The translations under genes and the position numbers were made by a program. This document shows positions 48,633 through 58,694 of a stretch of DNA of 64,000 nt, one piece after another. Within the stretch, counting starts at the first letter, position 1, and every line of letters starts with the position of its first letter. The DNA lies in contig SVIE01000001.1 in assembly GCA_015069625.1 (NCBI GenBank), positions 1,208 through 65,207 of the forward strand, in the 5' to 3' direction. This DNA is from Clostridiales bacterium (lineage in GTDB: Bacteria > Bacillota > Clostridia > Christensenellales > Borkfalkiaceae). The notes below the pieces were generated by a model. That model saw only the letters and a list, made by a program, of their open reading frames with translations. It was not told where the DNA came from and searched no databases.

Positions 48633-48708
48633 AGGGGTATCGCCAAGCGGTAAGGCAACGGACTCTGACTCCGTCACTTCGGTGGTTCGAATCCATCTAC
48701 CCCTGCCA
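48633..48708 (+). tRNA. tRNA-Gln (anticodon CUG), CCA encoded
   Basis: AGGGGTA/TACCCCT acceptor, GCC-AAGCGGTAA-GGC D-arm, ACGGA-CTCTGAC-TCCGT anticodon arm, GGTGG-TTCGAAT-CCATC T-arm. Near-identical layout to E. coli tRNA-Gln as I recall it. Confidence 0.9.
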
Positions 48709-48713
48709 CATAA

Positions 48714-48745
48714 AGTCCAAACCAAAGGTGGTTTGGACTTTTTTG
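48714..48745 (+). terminator. Intrinsic terminator after tRNA-Gln
   Basis: AGTCCAAACC-loop-GGTTTGGACT followed by TTTTTT. Confidence 0.85.
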
Positions 48746-48752
48746 TTGCGAA

Positions 48753-48797
48753 GGTAGATGGATTCGAATGTTATTGTTCGGTCGCCTTTGACGGACT
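48753..48797 (-). repeat. Inverted, degraded copy of the 3' half of tRNA-Gln
   Basis: GGTAGATGGATTCGAA (48753-48768) is the exact reverse complement of TTCGAATCCATCTACC in the tRNA (16/16). TGACGGA (48789-48795) is the reverse complement of the anticodon-stem TCCGTCA. Confidence 0.75.
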
Positions 48798-48840
48798 TAT
48801 TTTTATGTTTTTTAACGTCTGTTTTCGTGCGAAAATTAAC

Positions 48841-48869
48841 TTGCAATAACGACGGTGTGGTGTTATAAT
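48841..48869 (+). promoter_or_regulatory. Sigma-A-type promoter positioned for a leaderless transcript
   Basis: TTGCAA (48841-48846), 17 nt, TGT-TATAAT (48864-48869). The ATG at 48876 lies 7 nt after the -10 and no SD is present. Confidence 0.5.
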
Positions 48870-48875
48870 AAAATT

Positions 48876-49175
48876 ATGAAAAGCGTTAAAATAACGGTTG
48901 TGCGAAAAATAGAGCATAACGATCTAATTGAAAAATATGAAAATCCGATAGAACACGCTTGCACGGTGGTAGAAGGGCAAACGTTTATAAGCGAAAATGG
49001 ACAAAAACCGAACAACCTTTGCGACGAAGCGTGGAAAAGTATGCGAGAGTTTGTTGAAATTTTAGCAAACGGTGGTGGAAATTTCTTTGACGGATGGATG
49101 AAAAATCCAAATTCAGCAATGATTTCATGTAACGATGGTTTTCGCCCCGTAACCTTTTTAATAGAAACTATTTGA
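48876..49175 (+). CDS. TIGR04076-like small protein
   Basis: MKSVKITVVRKI...CDEAW...GGGNFFDGWM...ISCNDGFRPVTFLIE; size and motifs are as I recall for TIGR04076. Confidence 0.6.
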   Translation: MKSVKITVVRKIEHNDLIEKYENPIEHACTVVEGQTFISENGQKPNNLCDEAWKSMREFVEILANGGGNFFDGWMKNPNSAMISCNDGFRPVTFLIETI

Positions 49176-49198
49176 AAGACACAATTTGTGTCTTTTTT
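49175..49198 (+). terminator. Intrinsic terminator
   Basis: AGACACA-ATT-TGTGTCT followed by TTTTT. Confidence 0.75.
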
Positions 49199-49468
49199 GT
49201 TTTAATATGACAGAAACTGTCGCAAGAAAGTTTTATAATCTGTTTGAAAGTAAAAAAAGCCAATGATGAGCGTCGATTATGAGCATAAAACCGCATTAAA
49301 CGTGATATATAACGTGTGTTCCGTTTTGTGTTTAATAATGGGTAAAAAAGTTGAAAAGTGGCAATAAATTTAATCGATATTTAAGTGGAAAAACTTAACG
49401 AAAACGGGTTGCGAAAGGTAAAATATGAAAACGCATATTTCGACATTGAAAACCTTAAAATGGTAAGG

Positions 49469-49505
49469 ATAAACCCACTTAGAAAAGTGGGTTTATCGAT
49501 TTTTG
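49469..49505 (+). terminator. Intrinsic terminator closing an unannotated short transcript
   Basis: ATAAACCCACTT-AGAA-AAGTGGGTTTAT followed by CGATTTTT. Confidence 0.65.
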
Positions 49506-49567
49506 TTTATAAAACGACTATAAGTTAATATAATTTTAAAATATTTTAAATTATTATGCTGAAAAAA

Positions 49568-49596
49568 TTGTAAAACGCATAGTTTTTTGGTATAAT
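49568..49596 (+). promoter_or_regulatory. Sigma-A-type promoter of ftsK
   Basis: TTGTAA (49568-49573), 17 nt, TATAAT (49591-49596). Confidence 0.5.
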
Positions 49597-49630
49597 GATA
49601 AAAACGGAAATTTTACTACGAGGTGTAGTT

Positions 49631-52621
49631 TTGAAAAAAGTAAAGGTAAGTAGAGAAAAAACCGAAAAAAAGGAATCAATATTCACTAGGGAAACTTTGG
49701 GTGTTGTGCTTATTTTATTTTCGGCACTATGTCTAGTTTGTTTAATCGCTGGTGGAAGTATCTTTTCCACTCCTGGCGCATGGATAAGTTCTTTCTTGCT
49801 CGGTTGCTTTGGGTATTTTTCATACGCTTTGTGCGTTTACGGGATTGTTAGTGGGTTACTTCTTGTTATCGGAAAGAAAACAAAACTTTCAAAAAGGCAA
49901 AAAGCAAGTATTTGGTTTTTTGTGATTTTACTTGCGCTTTTACTTCACATTATCACGATGGGTGATTTAACAGGTGTAACGTTCGGCGAATACCTTGCGG
50001 ACTCCTATAATAGGGGTGCAGGTGGACTCGTGGCTTGCTCTGGCGGTGGCGTGATAACAGGTATATTTGCTTTTTGCATTTCAAGTTTGCTCACGCCCGT
50101 TGGTGGATATATTGTGCTTAGCATTTTGCTTGCCGTGTCAATTATCACCTTTATTGTAAGCGTGATAAAAAATTCGTCTAAAAAAGTTAAAACTGAAGAA
50201 CACAGAAGTTCTTTCGTTAAGCCTGAAAAGGAAGACGTGGTTGAAGAATATACGCTTAGCGGTGTTAAGGATTATCCTATTGCCGGTGCTGTTGAAAATG
50301 CTTCGGTAGGCAAACAAAAACTTTTCATTTCTAATCCTGAAAATTTTGCATTAAAAACAAAAAAGGATATTAAGCATAACGTTGGCGGAGATATTACGAT
50401 AGGTGAAACTAGCGGATTAAACGTTGGCGTTGTTGCTAACGTTCAAAGTCAAACGGCGAAAACTGTTAAACAGGTTGAAACGCCTACTCAATCGATAATG
50501 CCAAATTCTTATCAAGAAAAATTAGCGTATATCAGAACTCCTGCGGAAATTAAAATCGAAGGGTATGAAGATAAAACTAATGTGGAAAATCAATCGGTAT
50601 CCGTTTCTAATCCCGTTCCGGAAACTAAACGTGAAACGCCAGCCGTAGAACCGCAAAACAACATGGTTGTAGATATTCCATATTTTGAACACGACGAAAG
50701 TGAATCGGATAGTAGTGCGCTTTCACATGCACAAGATTTCGGTTCGAAATATGCGGACGTTGAAGAGTTGGATATACCGGTTGAAAATTCTTATCGTGTA
50801 GAATCGGTTAGTAGAGCAAGCGAAGATTTGACAAAAGAAACGTTTATAACGTCTGAGAAAGAAGAAGTTGAAACGAAAGATGAAGAAATAACTGCACGTG
50901 ATATTTTGGGTATGCTCAAATCGAGTGATACGCTTATTAGCGAAGAACCCGAAATGGAAACAGAACCCGAAATTCCCACGCCTATTGTTAGGGAAAGGAG
51001 AAGTCGTGTAGTTGAGCCGATAGTAGAACCAAAGGTTGAGCCTATTTTAGAGCCTGAACCTGAAAAAGAACCGGAAGAAGAACCGGAAGAAGAACAGTTT
51101 GTGTTTAAGCCTTACGTTCGTCCACCGCTAGACTTACTTGCTACTTATGATCCGCCTATTGATTCGCCAAAAGAAGATCACGAATCAAAGATGGGAATAA
51201 TCGAAGACACCCTGCATCAATTTAAGATTGAAGCACAAGTCGTTGGTTACGTTCAAGGCCCAACGCTTACTAGATATGAACTTACTATGCCGAGTGGTAA
51301 ATCGGTTAAGGAAGTTGGTAAATATGACGACGACCTTAAAATGCGTTTAAGGTCGGAAAATGGTGTTAGAATTGAAGCGCCAATCCCTGGTCTTGATAGG
51401 GTTGGTGTTGAAGTTGAAAACCAAGTAAAATGTACGGTAGGACTTCGCAAGACGATGGAAGGTATGGCTGAAAAGCCTATGAAACCGGGAGAACTTCGTT
51501 TTGCAATCGGGCAAGACCTTTTAGGCCAAGCGATATTCGATAACCTTGCCGCAGGTCCGCATTATTTAGTTGCGGGCTCGACGGGGTCAGGTAAGAGTGT
51601 TTGCTTGCACGCTATGATTATATCACTCATAATGACGTATGGACCTGAAGATTTAAGAATAATCTTAGTTAATCCGAAAATCGTTGAATTTGGTATTTAT
51701 GAAGGACTTCCACATTTACTTGTAAACGAAGTACTAAATAACGCAGCGAAAACAAATGCTGCTCTTTCATGGGCGTATGACGAAATGATTCGTCGTCAGA
51801 AACTTTTTATGGAGCATGCGGACGTCGTTGTAGATATTGACGGCTACAATAAGTATATTGCTGTGGACGGAGTGCCTAAACTCCCAAAAATTGTTATTAT
51901 TGTTGATGAATATGCAGACTTGGTGTCTGATAGCACGGCACAAAAAGAAGTAAGTTCTAAGGTTGCTGCAATTGCGCAGATGTCACGTTCTGCGGGTATT
52001 CACATGGTTATTGCAACTCAGCGTCCTACAACGAATATTGTTACGGGAACTATCAAAACCAACCTTCCTTCACGTATTGCGCTTAAACTTACTAACGCCA
52101 CCGACTCTATGACTATTTTAGACGAGCCAGGAGCAGAAAAACTTTTAGGTCACGGGGATATGCTTTATCGCAACTCAAACATGAGTAACTGTAAACGTTA
52201 TCAGGGCGCATATCTTGATAGAATGGAAATGAAGAACGTTGTTTCGTTCATAAAAGCAAACAACGAAACGCATTTTGACGAAAAACTTACACAAATGGTA
52301 TATTTAGCAGATAAGCCGAAGGAAGAACCGATTACTTCAAACGTTTCAACAGGCGGTGGTGAAGAATCTGAACGTGGACTTGAAAATGATGAAGTATTTA
52401 TTAGATGCGTTGCGTTTGGCGTTAGAACAGGCTCAATGTCCATTAGCGCACTTCAACGTCATTTCCCGATAGGTTACAATAAAGCTGCGAAAATATTTGA
52501 TAAAATTGAAGCACTTGGTTTTATTAGTGGAAACGAAGGCAGTAAAGCAAGAAAGATGCTTTTAACACAAGAAGAATTTGAAGCCCTTTACGGACCGTTG
52601 TCCGATTATGGCATGCAGTAA
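49631..52621 (+). CDS. ftsK: DNA translocase FtsK/SpoIIIE
   Basis: N-terminal TM helices, an acidic/Pro-rich linker, motor domain GSTGSGKSV, IVDEYADL, ATQRP, and a gamma winged-helix domain. The start is moved to TTG 49631 (GAGGTG RBS) because the track ATG 49595 lies inside the -10 box. Confidence 0.9.
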   Translation: MKKVKVSREKTEKKESIFTRETLGVVLILFSALCLVCLIAGGSIFSTPGAWISSFLLGCFGYFSYALCVYGIVSGLLLVIGKKTKLSKRQKASIWFFVILLALLLHIITMGDLTGVTFGEYLADSYNRGAGGLVACSGGGVITGIFAFCISSLLTPVGGYIVLSILLAVSIITFIVSVIKNSSKKVKTEEHRSSFVKPEKEDVVEEYTLSGVKDYPIAGAVENASVGKQKLFISNPENFALKTKKDIKHNVGGDITIGETSGLNVGVVANVQSQTAKTVKQVETPTQSIMPNSYQEKLAYIRTPAEIKIEGYEDKTNVENQSVSVSNPVPETKRETPAVEPQNNMVVDIPYFEHDESESDSSALSHAQDFGSKYADVEELDIPVENSYRVESVSRASEDLTKETFITSEKEEVETKDEEITARDILGMLKSSDTLISEEPEMETEPEIPTPIVRERRSRVVEPIVEPKVEPILEPEPEKEPEEEPEEEQFVFKPYVRPPLDLLATYDPPIDSPKEDHESKMGIIEDTLHQFKIEAQVVGYVQGPTLTRYELTMPSGKSVKEVGKYDDDLKMRLRSENGVRIEAPIPGLDRVGVEVENQVKCTVGLRKTMEGMAEKPMKPGELRFAIGQDLLGQAIFDNLAAGPHYLVAGSTGSGKSVCLHAMIISLIMTYGPEDLRIILVNPKIVEFGIYEGLPHLLVNEVLNNAAKTNAALSWAYDEMIRRQKLFMEHADVVVDIDGYNKYIAVDGVPKLPKIVIIVDEYADLVSDSTAQKEVSSKVAAIAQMSRSAGIHMVIATQRPTTNIVTGTIKTNLPSRIALKLTNATDSMTILDEPGAEKLLGHGDMLYRNSNMSNCKRYQGAYLDRMEMKNVVSFIKANNETHFDEKLTQMVYLADKPKEEPITSNVSTGGGEESERGLENDEVFIRCVAFGVRTGSMSISALQRHFPIGYNKAAKIFDKIEALGFISGNEGSKARKMLLTQEEFEALYGPLSDYGMQ

Positions 52622-52627
52622 AACAAA

Positions 52628-53944
52628 ATGATAAAATCTAAAAAAATAGGCGTTATCTCACTCGGTTGCGATAAAAACCGAGTGGATACCGAAAAAATGC
52701 TTGCCGTTTTGTCGAAACGGCATCAAATAGTCGCTAATCCAGAAGACGCAGAAATAATCGTTATTAACACTTGTGCGTTTTTAGAGAGTTCCAGAAAGGA
52801 AGCAATCGAAGAAATTTTAAGCGTTTCCGTTCTCAAAGAAGAAGGAAGGCTTGAAAAAATTATCGTTACGGGTTGTTTACCGCAAAAGTTTATAGACGGA
52901 ATTTTTGACGAACTTATAGAAGTTGATGCTTTTATGGGCGTTTCCGATTACGGCGAGATAAATTCCGTTATCGATAGAATTTATGCGGGTGAACGTGTTC
53001 GTGCGGTTGGGGGTCCCCGTGGCGAGTGTGGAATTGAGCGTGTTAGGACGACGAGTGATTATGCTTACTTAAAGATTGCAGACGGTTGTTCTAATCATTG
53101 TACGTATTGCTTAATTCCTAAAATTCGTGGAAAGTTTCGTTCTGTTCCGATAAAAGACTTAATAGAAGAAGTTAAACTATTAGGAAATGTAAAAGAACTA
53201 ATTTTGGTGGCTCAAGATTTAACTAAGTACGGGACGGATTTAGACACAGAAATAAATTTAGTTACGCTAATTAGGGAAATATCAAAGTTAGCAACGGTTG
53301 AACATATAAGGCTTTTATATTGCTATCCCGAAGGGATAACGGACGAGCTTATTGAAGAAATTGCAAACAACGAAAAAATCATTAAGTACATAGATATGCC
53401 CTTGCAACACGCTTCGGATAGGGTGCTTAAACTTATGAACAGAAAAGGGACGGGAAAAGAGTACCTTGCACTTATTGAAAAGTTAAAAGCGAGAATTCCT
53501 GAGATTGCAATTCGTTCCACGTTTATAACGGGATTCCCAACGGAGAGCGAAGAAGATTTTATAGCGCTTACTGAATTTTTAACAAAGGCAAAACTTTTTA
53601 ACGCAGGTTTTTTTGCGTATAGCAGAGAAGAAGGAACAGGGGCTTATAAACTTGACGGACAGATTGCACGCTCTGTTAAAACAAAGCGGTTAAGAAAGTT
53701 ATATTCTGTTCAAAAGCAGGTTGTTAAATCTAATCTTAAAAGGCTTGTGGGTAAAACGGTTGAAGTGCTTGCCGAAGGGTTTGATGAAAACGGCTTTATA
53801 TATTACGGTAGGGGGTATTTCAACGCTCCCGATATTGATGGAAAAGTATATTTCTTTTCCAAGGACGAAGTGAAAAAAGGTGAGTTTGTTGAAGTAGAAC
53901 TTGTTAAAGTTGACGGATACGACCTTTACGGAGAAAGATTATGA
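52628..53944 (+). CDS. rimO: Ribosomal protein S12 methylthiotransferase
   Basis: SLGCDKNRVDTE, INTCAF, radical-SAM CSNHCTYC, and a C-terminal TRAM domain. Confidence 0.85.
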   Translation: MIKSKKIGVISLGCDKNRVDTEKMLAVLSKRHQIVANPEDAEIIVINTCAFLESSRKEAIEEILSVSVLKEEGRLEKIIVTGCLPQKFIDGIFDELIEVDAFMGVSDYGEINSVIDRIYAGERVRAVGGPRGECGIERVRTTSDYAYLKIADGCSNHCTYCLIPKIRGKFRSVPIKDLIEEVKLLGNVKELILVAQDLTKYGTDLDTEINLVTLIREISKLATVEHIRLLYCYPEGITDELIEEIANNEKIIKYIDMPLQHASDRVLKLMNRKGTGKEYLALIEKLKARIPEIAIRSTFITGFPTESEEDFIALTEFLTKAKLFNAGFFAYSREEGTGAYKLDGQIARSVKTKRLRKLYSVQKQVVKSNLKRLVGKTVEVLAEGFDENGFIYYGRGYFNAPDIDGKVYFFSKDEVKKGEFVEVELVKVDGYDLYGERL

Positions 53945-54528
53945 ATTTACCAAACAAATTAACAATTTTGCGTATCGTTATGATACCTGTATTCGTGGCT
54001 GTATTCTTTATTAGTGCAATACCGTATAATTTCATTATTTCAGCGGTAATTTTTGCGCTTGCCGCAGCGACTGACTTCTTAGACGGTTATATTGCAAGAA
54101 AGTATAATTTAGTTACAAATCTCGGTAAGTTTTTAGACCCGATTGCAGATAAAGTGCTTGTTTCAACTGCACTTATCATTATGCTTGTTCCTATTGGTGG
54201 CGTTTTGATTATGCCCTACTATGCAAGTATAGCGGTTGCTATAATTTTAGCGAGAGAACTTATTGTTAGCGGATTTAGGATTGTTGCTGCATCTAAAAAT
54301 GTTATTATGGCGGCAGATCAAGCGGGCAAATGGAAAACGTTTATTACAGATATTGCTATTTTAGTGCTTTTAATCGGTGCTGATATTAACCCCGAAACGT
54401 ATAGCGTTATGAATATCGTTGGACTTGCGCTTTTAGGTGTTGCAACCGTGCTTACGATTATTTCAGGGGTAGAATGTATGGTTAAAAACCGTGCGGTTTT
54501 ATCTGATAAAAAGGAAGAAACGAAATAG
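53941..54528 (+). CDS. pgsA: CDP-diacylglycerol-glycerol-3-phosphate 3-phosphatidyltransferase
   Basis: LPNKLTILRI, DFLDGYIARK...GKFLDPIADK. Confidence 0.9.
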   Translation: MNLPNKLTILRIVMIPVFVAVFFISAIPYNFIISAVIFALAAATDFLDGYIARKYNLVTNLGKFLDPIADKVLVSTALIIMLVPIGGVLIMPYYASIAVAIILARELIVSGFRIVAASKNVIMAADQAGKWKTFITDIAILVLLIGADINPETYSVMNIVGLALLGVATVLTIISGVECMVKNRAVLSDKKEETK

Positions 54529-54531
54529 AAA

Positions 54532-55743
54532 ATGAAAACGGTTTTAATCTTTTTTAGACGTCCGAACGAGAACGTTTCGGCACAATATTTTGCAAACGCT
54601 GTAAACCGCTTAAAAGACGGTGGGCTTTTGATTGATTCGGTGGATGCTTTGTCGATTGATGATGACGTTGCTTTTGCAAGGCGAATTGACGAATATGCCG
54701 ATACTGCCGATAATATTATTGTGCTTATTAGTAAAGATATGGCGTTCGACTGGAAAAAGGTTATAACGGACAAAACGGGTGCAGAATTTATCATAAATGA
54801 TAAGGCGCTTGAAATCGTAGAAACATATTCAAAACAAAACGGAATTAAGATGGATGAAGAGTGCGCAAATCTTCCTATGGATGCAACGGTAATTCCAAAC
54901 AGAAAGGGTATGTTTCAAGGCTTTTTGCTTGAACAGGAAGGGTACACTTTAATTGCTCTTCCACATAGGGAAGAAGAACTTATCGACATGTGTGATGGTT
55001 TTGTAAGCCCGTATTTCAACGTTAAATATAACAATAATTACGAACAAGTTACGCTTAAATATTTCGGCAGGCTTGATGCACTTGAAAAGACGCTTAAAGA
55101 AGCGGAAGAAAAGTGCCAAAGTGGATTAAAATATCGCACGGATACGGTTAACGGCGACACTAAGATAGACTTATTTTTTGACAACTCAGTTATAAAAACT
55201 GAAAGGAACGACGTTTTAAGAATAATTATCGAAAATCTCGGGGATGACGTGTATGCGGAATATGACGTTTCGCTTGGCGAAAGGTTGTTCGATTTATTAC
55301 AAGTAAGAAAGGTTAAACTTGCGGTGGCAGAATCGTTCACAGGGGGCAGAATTTCTGCGGAAATTGTTAAAAACCCAGGTGTTTCCGAGTATTTTTGCGA
55401 AGGAATAGTTTGCTATACTGATAAAAGTAAAGTTGCAAGATTAGGGGTTAAACAAGAAGATATTTTAACTCACGGAGCGGTAAGTGGAACGGTGGCTTTT
55501 CAAATGACGGCAGGGTTGCTTAGAAATATCGATTGCGACGTGGCTATTTCCACAACGGGTATAGCAGGACCGAATAGCGACGCATCAGGAAAGCCCATAG
55601 GGCTTTGTTACATAGCGGTTGGTACGAGAGAAGGGGTTCACTCATATAAATACGTGCTTAAAGGTGATAGAGAAAAAATAACTGAAACGGCAAAAAATAC
55701 AGCCATATTTTTGGCTATTAAAAAGATAAAAAACTACAAATAA
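54532..55743 (+). CDS. cinA: CinA-family protein (divergent N-terminal domain plus PncC-type nicotinamide-nucleotide amidase C-terminal domain)
   Basis: The C-terminus reads AESFTGGRISAEIV, GVSEYF, HGAVS, TTGIAGP. The N-terminus lacks the usual MKAEIIxVGxELL start. Confidence 0.75.
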   Translation: MKTVLIFFRRPNENVSAQYFANAVNRLKDGGLLIDSVDALSIDDDVAFARRIDEYADTADNIIVLISKDMAFDWKKVITDKTGAEFIINDKALEIVETYSKQNGIKMDEECANLPMDATVIPNRKGMFQGFLLEQEGYTLIALPHREEELIDMCDGFVSPYFNVKYNNNYEQVTLKYFGRLDALEKTLKEAEEKCQSGLKYRTDTVNGDTKIDLFFDNSVIKTERNDVLRIIIENLGDDVYAEYDVSLGERLFDLLQVRKVKLAVAESFTGGRISAEIVKNPGVSEYFCEGIVCYTDKSKVARLGVKQEDILTHGAVSGTVAFQMTAGLLRNIDCDVAISTTGIAGPNSDASGKPIGLCYIAVGTREGVHSYKYVLKGDREKITETAKNTAIFLAIKKIKNYK

Positions 55744-55768
55744 AAAACTATAAAAAGAGGAAAAAATA

Positions 55769-56782
55769 ATGGATGAAAACAAAATGAAAGCACTTGACGG
55801 GGTGCTTGCTCAAATTGAAAAACAATACGGAAAAGGCGCAGTTATGCGTTTAGGACAAAACGCAGGTAACGAAAATATCGAAGTGTTATCTACGGGTTGT
55901 TTATCACTAGACCTTGCTATCGGTGTAGGCGGACTTCCAAGGGGAAGAATTATTGAAATTTACGGACCTGAATCTTCTGGTAAAACCACCGTTGCACTTC
56001 ACGTTATTGCTGAAGCCCAAAAGGCAGGTGGCGTTGCAGCGTTTATCGACGCAGAACACGCTTTAGACCCTGTTTACGCAAAGAATTTAGGTGTAAATCT
56101 TGACGAACTTTACGTTTCTCAACCAGACACGGGAGAACAAGCATTAGATATCACGGAATCGCTTGTTAGCAGTAAGGCTATTGACGTTATCGTTGTCGAT
56201 TCAGTTGCTGCGCTTACGCCAAAGGTAGAAATCGAAGGCACTATGGAAGACTCTGTTGTAGGAGCGCAAGCAAGACTTATGAGCCGTGCACTTCGTAAAC
56301 TTACGCCTATCACGGCAAAGTCAAAAACGTGTATTATTTTTATCAACCAACTTCGTGAAAAAGTTGGCGTTATGTTCGGTAATCCAGAAGTTACTTCTGG
56401 TGGTAAAGCGCTTAAATTCTATGCAAGCGTTAGGATTGACGTAAGAAAGGCAGATGCGCTTAAAGACGGTGGCTCTGCATATGGTAACCACACCAAAGCA
56501 AAGGTTGTAAAAAACAAGGTTGCGCCCCCTTTCAAAACGGCGGAATTCGATATTATCTACGGTAAAGGCATTTCGCAAGAAAGTTGCTTAATCGATTTAG
56601 GTATTGAACACGGCATTTTAGTTAAGAGTGGCTCGTGGTTCTCTTATAATGGAGAAAAGATAGCACAGGGCAGAGATAAGACCGTTGCATATCTTGAAAA
56701 CAATCCCGAAGTTGCATCTGAAATTAAGGCTAAAATTTTAGAAGCGGTTAAGCCTGCAAAACCCGAAGAGATTAAAGAATAA
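55769..56782 (+). CDS. recA: Recombinase A
   Basis: [50 protein letters not shown]. Confidence 0.95.
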   Translation: MDENKMKALDGVLAQIEKQYGKGAVMRLGQNAGNENIEVLSTGCLSLDLAIGVGGLPRGRIIEIYGPESSGKTTVALHVIAEAQKAGGVAAFIDAEHALDPVYAKNLGVNLDELYVSQPDTGEQALDITESLVSSKAIDVIVVDSVAALTPKVEIEGTMEDSVVGAQARLMSRALRKLTPITAKSKTCIIFINQLREKVGVMFGNPEVTSGGKALKFYASVRIDVRKADALKDGGSAYGNHTKAKVVKNKVAPPFKTAEFDIIYGKGISQESCLIDLGIEHGILVKSGSWFSYNGEKIAQGRDKTVAYLENNPEVASEIKAKILEAVKPAKPEEIKE

Positions 56783-56889
56783 ATTGTATCATTTCTAAAC
56801 AAAAACGGACAAAATAGGTATTGACAAATATCTAAATATATAATAAAATTAAATGAGGGGAAACCCTATAAAAACAGGAGGGCATATTT

Positions 56890-58500
56890 ATGCTAAACAT
56901 TAATTACGGCTCCCTGTTCTTAGCTATTGAAACGGGAACGCTTATTGCGATTCTTGTAGGCGCAGTTGTAGTATGCGCAATTGGATTTGGACTTTTAGGT
57001 TGGCTTTTACAGAAAAAGGCCTTTGAAAAAGAACAAGGAAAAATCAAAGAAGTTACCGATAGAATGCTCGCCGACGCAAGGGAAGAGAGTAAATCTATAA
57101 AGAAAGAGGCAATTTTAGAGGCAAAAGAACAGGAACTTAAACTCCGCAACGAGTTTGAGAAGGAAAGCAAAGAAAAGCGTGCAGAACTTCAAAGAATGGA
57201 AAACAGACTCACCCAAAAAGAAGAGTCGCTTGACAAAAAAGAAGAAAATCTGCAAAAACGCAACGAAGAAACTACAAGGCAACAAAACAACTTAAAAGCG
57301 AAAGAAGTTGAACTTGACAAAAAACTTGAAGATATCGCTGCACAGCACGGACAAATGATAAAAGAATTTGAACGTATTGCACAGATGAGTAGGGAAGAAG
57401 CCAAGAAACAACTTATTGACGCTATTACCGACGAAGCAAGGCGAGACGCAGCAGGTACGGTAAGGAACATTGAAGCGGAAGCAAAAGAAGAAGGCGAGAG
57501 AAAGGCAAAGGAAATAGTAAGCCTTGCTATTCAAAAATGCGCTACCGACCAAGCAACCGAAATCACCGTTTCAGTTGTTGACCTTCCTAGCGACGACATG
57601 AAAGCACGTATTATCGGTAGAGAAGGTAGAAACATTAGAACGTTAGAAAACGCAACGGGTATCGAACTTATTATCGACGATACGCCAGACGTTGTTGTTA
57701 TTTCTGGATTTGACCCCGTTAGACGTGAAGTGGCAAGAATTGCGCTTGAAAAACTTATTCAAGACGGCAGAATCCACCCTGCAAGAATTGAAGAAACGGT
57801 TGAAAAGGTTAAAAAGGAACTTGATCAACAGATTAAAGAAGCAGGCGAATCCGCAATGTTCGAGTGTGGAATTTTTGGTTTACACCCTGAAATTATTAAA
57901 CTTTTAGGAAGACTTAAATTCCGTACTAGTTATGGTCAAAACGTACTTAAACACTCAATTGAAGTATCACGTATAGCAGGCGTTATGGCAACCGAACTTG
58001 GCGTGGACGTTCAACTTGCAAAACGTGCAGGTTTATTACACGACCTTGGTAAGTCTGTTGACTTTGAAATTGAAGGAACGCACATGCAAATCGGTGCAGA
58101 CCTTGCTAAAAAATATCGTGAAAACGGAAACGTTATTAACGCAATCTTATCTCACCATGGCGACGTTGAACCTAAAACCATTGAAGCGGTGCTTGTTGCA
58201 TCTGCCGACGGTATTTCAGGCGCACGCCCAGGTGCGAGACGTGAAACAACCACTAACTACGTTAAGAGACTTCAAAAACTTGAAGAAATCGGTGCAGGGT
58301 TTAAGGGCGTTGATAAGTGCTATGCAATTCAAGCAGGTAGAGAAGTTCGTGTTGTTGTTAAACCTGAACAGATTAACGACGCTCAAACCTTATATCTTGC
58401 AAAAGACATAGCAAAGAAAATTGAACAAGAAATGGAATATCCAGGACAAATTAAAGTTAACGTAATTAGAGAGACTAGGGCTACTGAATACGCTAAATAG
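56890..58500 (+). CDS. rny: Ribonuclease Y
   Basis: N-terminal TM helix, coiled-coil, KH domain (GREGRNIR), and HD domain (GLLHDLGK). AGGAGGG RBS. Confidence 0.93.
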   Translation: MLNINYGSLFLAIETGTLIAILVGAVVVCAIGFGLLGWLLQKKAFEKEQGKIKEVTDRMLADAREESKSIKKEAILEAKEQELKLRNEFEKESKEKRAELQRMENRLTQKEESLDKKEENLQKRNEETTRQQNNLKAKEVELDKKLEDIAAQHGQMIKEFERIAQMSREEAKKQLIDAITDEARRDAAGTVRNIEAEAKEEGERKAKEIVSLAIQKCATDQATEITVSVVDLPSDDMKARIIGREGRNIRTLENATGIELIIDDTPDVVVISGFDPVRREVARIALEKLIQDGRIHPARIEETVEKVKKELDQQIKEAGESAMFECGIFGLHPEIIKLLGRLKFRTSYGQNVLKHSIEVSRIAGVMATELGVDVQLAKRAGLLHDLGKSVDFEIEGTHMQIGADLAKKYRENGNVINAILSHHGDVEPKTIEAVLVASADGISGARPGARRETTTNYVKRLQKLEEIGAGFKGVDKCYAIQAGREVRVVVKPEQINDAQTLYLAKDIAKKIEQEMEYPGQIKVNVIRETRATEYAK

Positions 58501-58525
58501 AATCAGAAACCGAATATTGAATATT

Positions 58526-58566
58526 AAAAAACTCGGCAAAATGGAAATGTTGCCGAGTTTTTTATT
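58526..58566 (+). terminator. Intrinsic terminator after rny
   Basis: ACTCGGCAA-loop-TTGCCGAGT followed by TTTTTT. Confidence 0.85.
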
Positions 58567-58664
58567 CTTTTAACTGTTTTTTGGTGTTTTTTATTGAACG
58601 ATTTACAGTAAATTAACACTTTTCATAGAAAATTTGTAAAATATAGGATTTTTTTTATTTCGAC

Positions 58665-58694
58665 TTGACAATATATATCAATTTTTGTTATAGT
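58665..58694 (+). promoter_or_regulatory. Sigma-A-type promoter of the giant secreted-protein gene
   Basis: TTGACA (58665-58670), 18 nt, TGT-TATAGT (58689-58694). Confidence 0.5.

Noticed and set aside
48487-48696. Track ORF on the minus strand overlapping the tRNA
   Set aside because: It overlaps tRNA-Gln and the end of the AEC transporter gene, and there are no coding signals.
49595-49630. Track ATG 49595 as the ftsK start
   Set aside because: The ATG is embedded in the TATAAT -10 hexamer (49591-49596) of a TTGTAA-17-TATAAT promoter. TTG 49631 is preceded by GAGGTG at correct spacing.
51014-51097. Glu/Pro-rich low-complexity tract with a short tandem DNA repeat (GAACCGGAAGAAGAACCGGAAGAAGAAC) in ftsK
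   Set aside because: Variable acidic/proline linkers between the membrane and motor domains are normal for FtsK/SpoIIIE, so it is not treated as a separate feature.
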